This document shows, piece after piece, positions 62,401 to 64,000 of a stretch of DNA of 64,000 bases (positions within the stretch are counted from its first letter, which is position 1; every line of letters begins with the position of its first letter). A model generated the notes under the pieces. It was not told the DNA's origin. It saw only the letters and a list, made by a program, of their open reading frames with translations, and searched no databases. Position numbers and translations under genes: made by a program. The DNA comes from the human T2T-CHM13v2.0 reference genome, Homo sapiens. The DNA lies in the NCBI RefSeq assembly GCF_009914755.1, contig NC_060926.1; one strand, given 5' to 3'.

Positions 62401-63395
62401 AACTTCTCTTGACTTAAGTAAAAACACTATATAATAAAACAATAAAAAATAACTACAACAAATTTTCAAGAAATAGACAATACCATAAGACATAAAGAGA
62501 GAAAACAGTTAAAAAGTGGAGATGAAGTTAAAGTTATTATTAGTTTTTTTTCTCCATGTTTGTGTTTGTTTAAACAATCAATGCTAAGGTGTTGTCAATT
62601 AAAAATAATGAGTTATAGCATTTTCAAGCCTTATGATAATTTCAAATAAAAAAATAAAATGGATACAGAAGAAATCAAAAACAAAAAACTAAAGCATAAC
62701 ACTGGAGATAATCACCTTCGCTAAAAGGAAAACAGGATGGAAGGAAAGAAGGAAGAGAAGATCATAACACAACCAGAGAATAACAAAATGACAGGAGTAA
62801 GTCTCTACTTATCAATAATAACCTTGACTTTACATTAACCAAATTCTCCAGTTAAAAGACATACAGTGCCCTAATGAATGAGAAAACAAGACTCCATGAT
62901 CTATTGCCTATAAGACACACTTCATCTATAAAGATACACACAGACTGAAAATAAACAGATGGAAAAAGACATTCATGCCAATGGAAACCAAAAAAAAAAA
63001 AAAAAATAGCAGGAATAGCTATACTTACATGGGACGAAATAGATTTCATGACAAAAACTGTAAGCAGAAAAAAAGGAAGGTCATTATTTAATAATAAAGG
63101 GGTCAATTCAGCAATAATAGTTATACATTTTAAAATATGTAAATTACTTGAATTATTTGTAACACAAAGGATAAATGCTCAAGGCGATAGACACCCAATG
63201 TTCCATGATGTGTGCCTGTACCAACATATTTCATGTACCCCATAAACATACATACCCACTATGTACCCACAAAAATTAAAAATAAAAACAATTGAATAGA
63301 GACAAATACGAAAAAACATATCTCATGTACCCCATAAATTTATTCACCCACTATATACCCTACGATGTAACCATAAAAATTAAAAATAAAAAAAT
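59470..63395 (+). mobile_element. L1MA2/3-like LINE: 5'UTR + ORF1 + ORF2 start joined to 3' end (large internal deletion)
   Basis: GAGCAAGATG start, ORF1 remnant (61970-62287 KERILRTARERK...FYPRIVYPEK), EN start ATGACAGGAGTAAGTC, then an abrupt switch near 63115 to 3'UTR (TGTAACACAAAGGATAAATGCT). Confidence 0.8.
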
Positions 63396-63409
63396 TGAAT
63401 AGGACAAAT
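63223..63409 (+). repeat. Tandem duplication of L1MA 3' terminus plus flank (~92-bp period)
   Basis: CATAT.TCATGTACCCCATAAA...AAAAATTAAAAATAAAAA.AATTGAATAG.GACAAAT occurs twice. Confidence 0.85.
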
Positions 63410-64000
63410 TTGAAACAAACTGAGGGCTTTAGTATTGTCTGGCTCTTGTTGTGCCAATTGGTTTCATTTTTTTACCTTTCTCAGGAAAAAATTAAAATAA
63501 TATTTAGAAGAGAACTTTATAAACTAAATTTCTCTATGTCAAAATGTATTGTTATTACCATGCTCCTACATTCAGTTCAATTCTCTTTGTTTTTAAGTGG
63601 GAACTGCAGATGGGAAATAAAATTATTACATTGCTATATTGCAAAAGCATTTGCATTACAGCAACTAAGTTATAAAATAGTCACTAAAACTCTAGTTTAG
63701 TGTTTCCTTATGTGAAGTAAAAATGCAAATTTTATATAGCATTAGTGAATTCAGGATAAATAAGTGCCTCTTTCTTTTCAGGGCTGTTTTTTTATTTAAA
63801 AAAATAAAATATTATTTTTAGTTACAAGCCAGGATGTGTATTTGACTTGATTAGTAGGCAACATAAATATTTCTTGCTTCAAATTCTAACTGGAATATTT
63901 AGAATAAGGTCTGATAATAAATATGGATCTGTTATTAAGTTTGACTTATACTACCAATGCTCATAATTCCAGTTATTTTCTCATTTTAAAAATTCTGTAA

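Overview
Primate (hominoid, most likely human) AT-rich, CpG-depleted intergenic or deep-intronic DNA. I found no supportable host protein-coding exon or RNA gene, and the ORF track is either transposon-derived or spurious. The window is a transposon mosaic: a young 5'-truncated L1PA2-type element, a 3'-truncated L1PA6/7-like element, an L1PA4-like fragment, older L1MA/MB/MC/PB pieces, about nine Alus, near-full-length copies of both human mariners (HSMAR2 and HSMAR1), two MER52-family solo LTRs and several MaLR/ERVL LTRs. Subfamily names come from remembered consensus sequences, not from a search. Several structures are not explained by transposon annotation. (1) A 332-bp inverted repeat with 1 mismatch around a 1,195-bp spacer (37875-39733) sits inside very old LTR-element DNA. 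(2) A 98-bp TSD-less insertion in an L1MC (49136-49233) has a diverged homolog about 5.1 kb downstream (54199-54309); the two share an exact CpG-containing 19-mer and a possible pseudoknot-like pairing pattern. (3) There is an old ~300-bp direct duplication with conserved blocks. (4) A tail-only retro-insertion carries a perfect 17-bp TSD. (5) There are small local tandem duplications.
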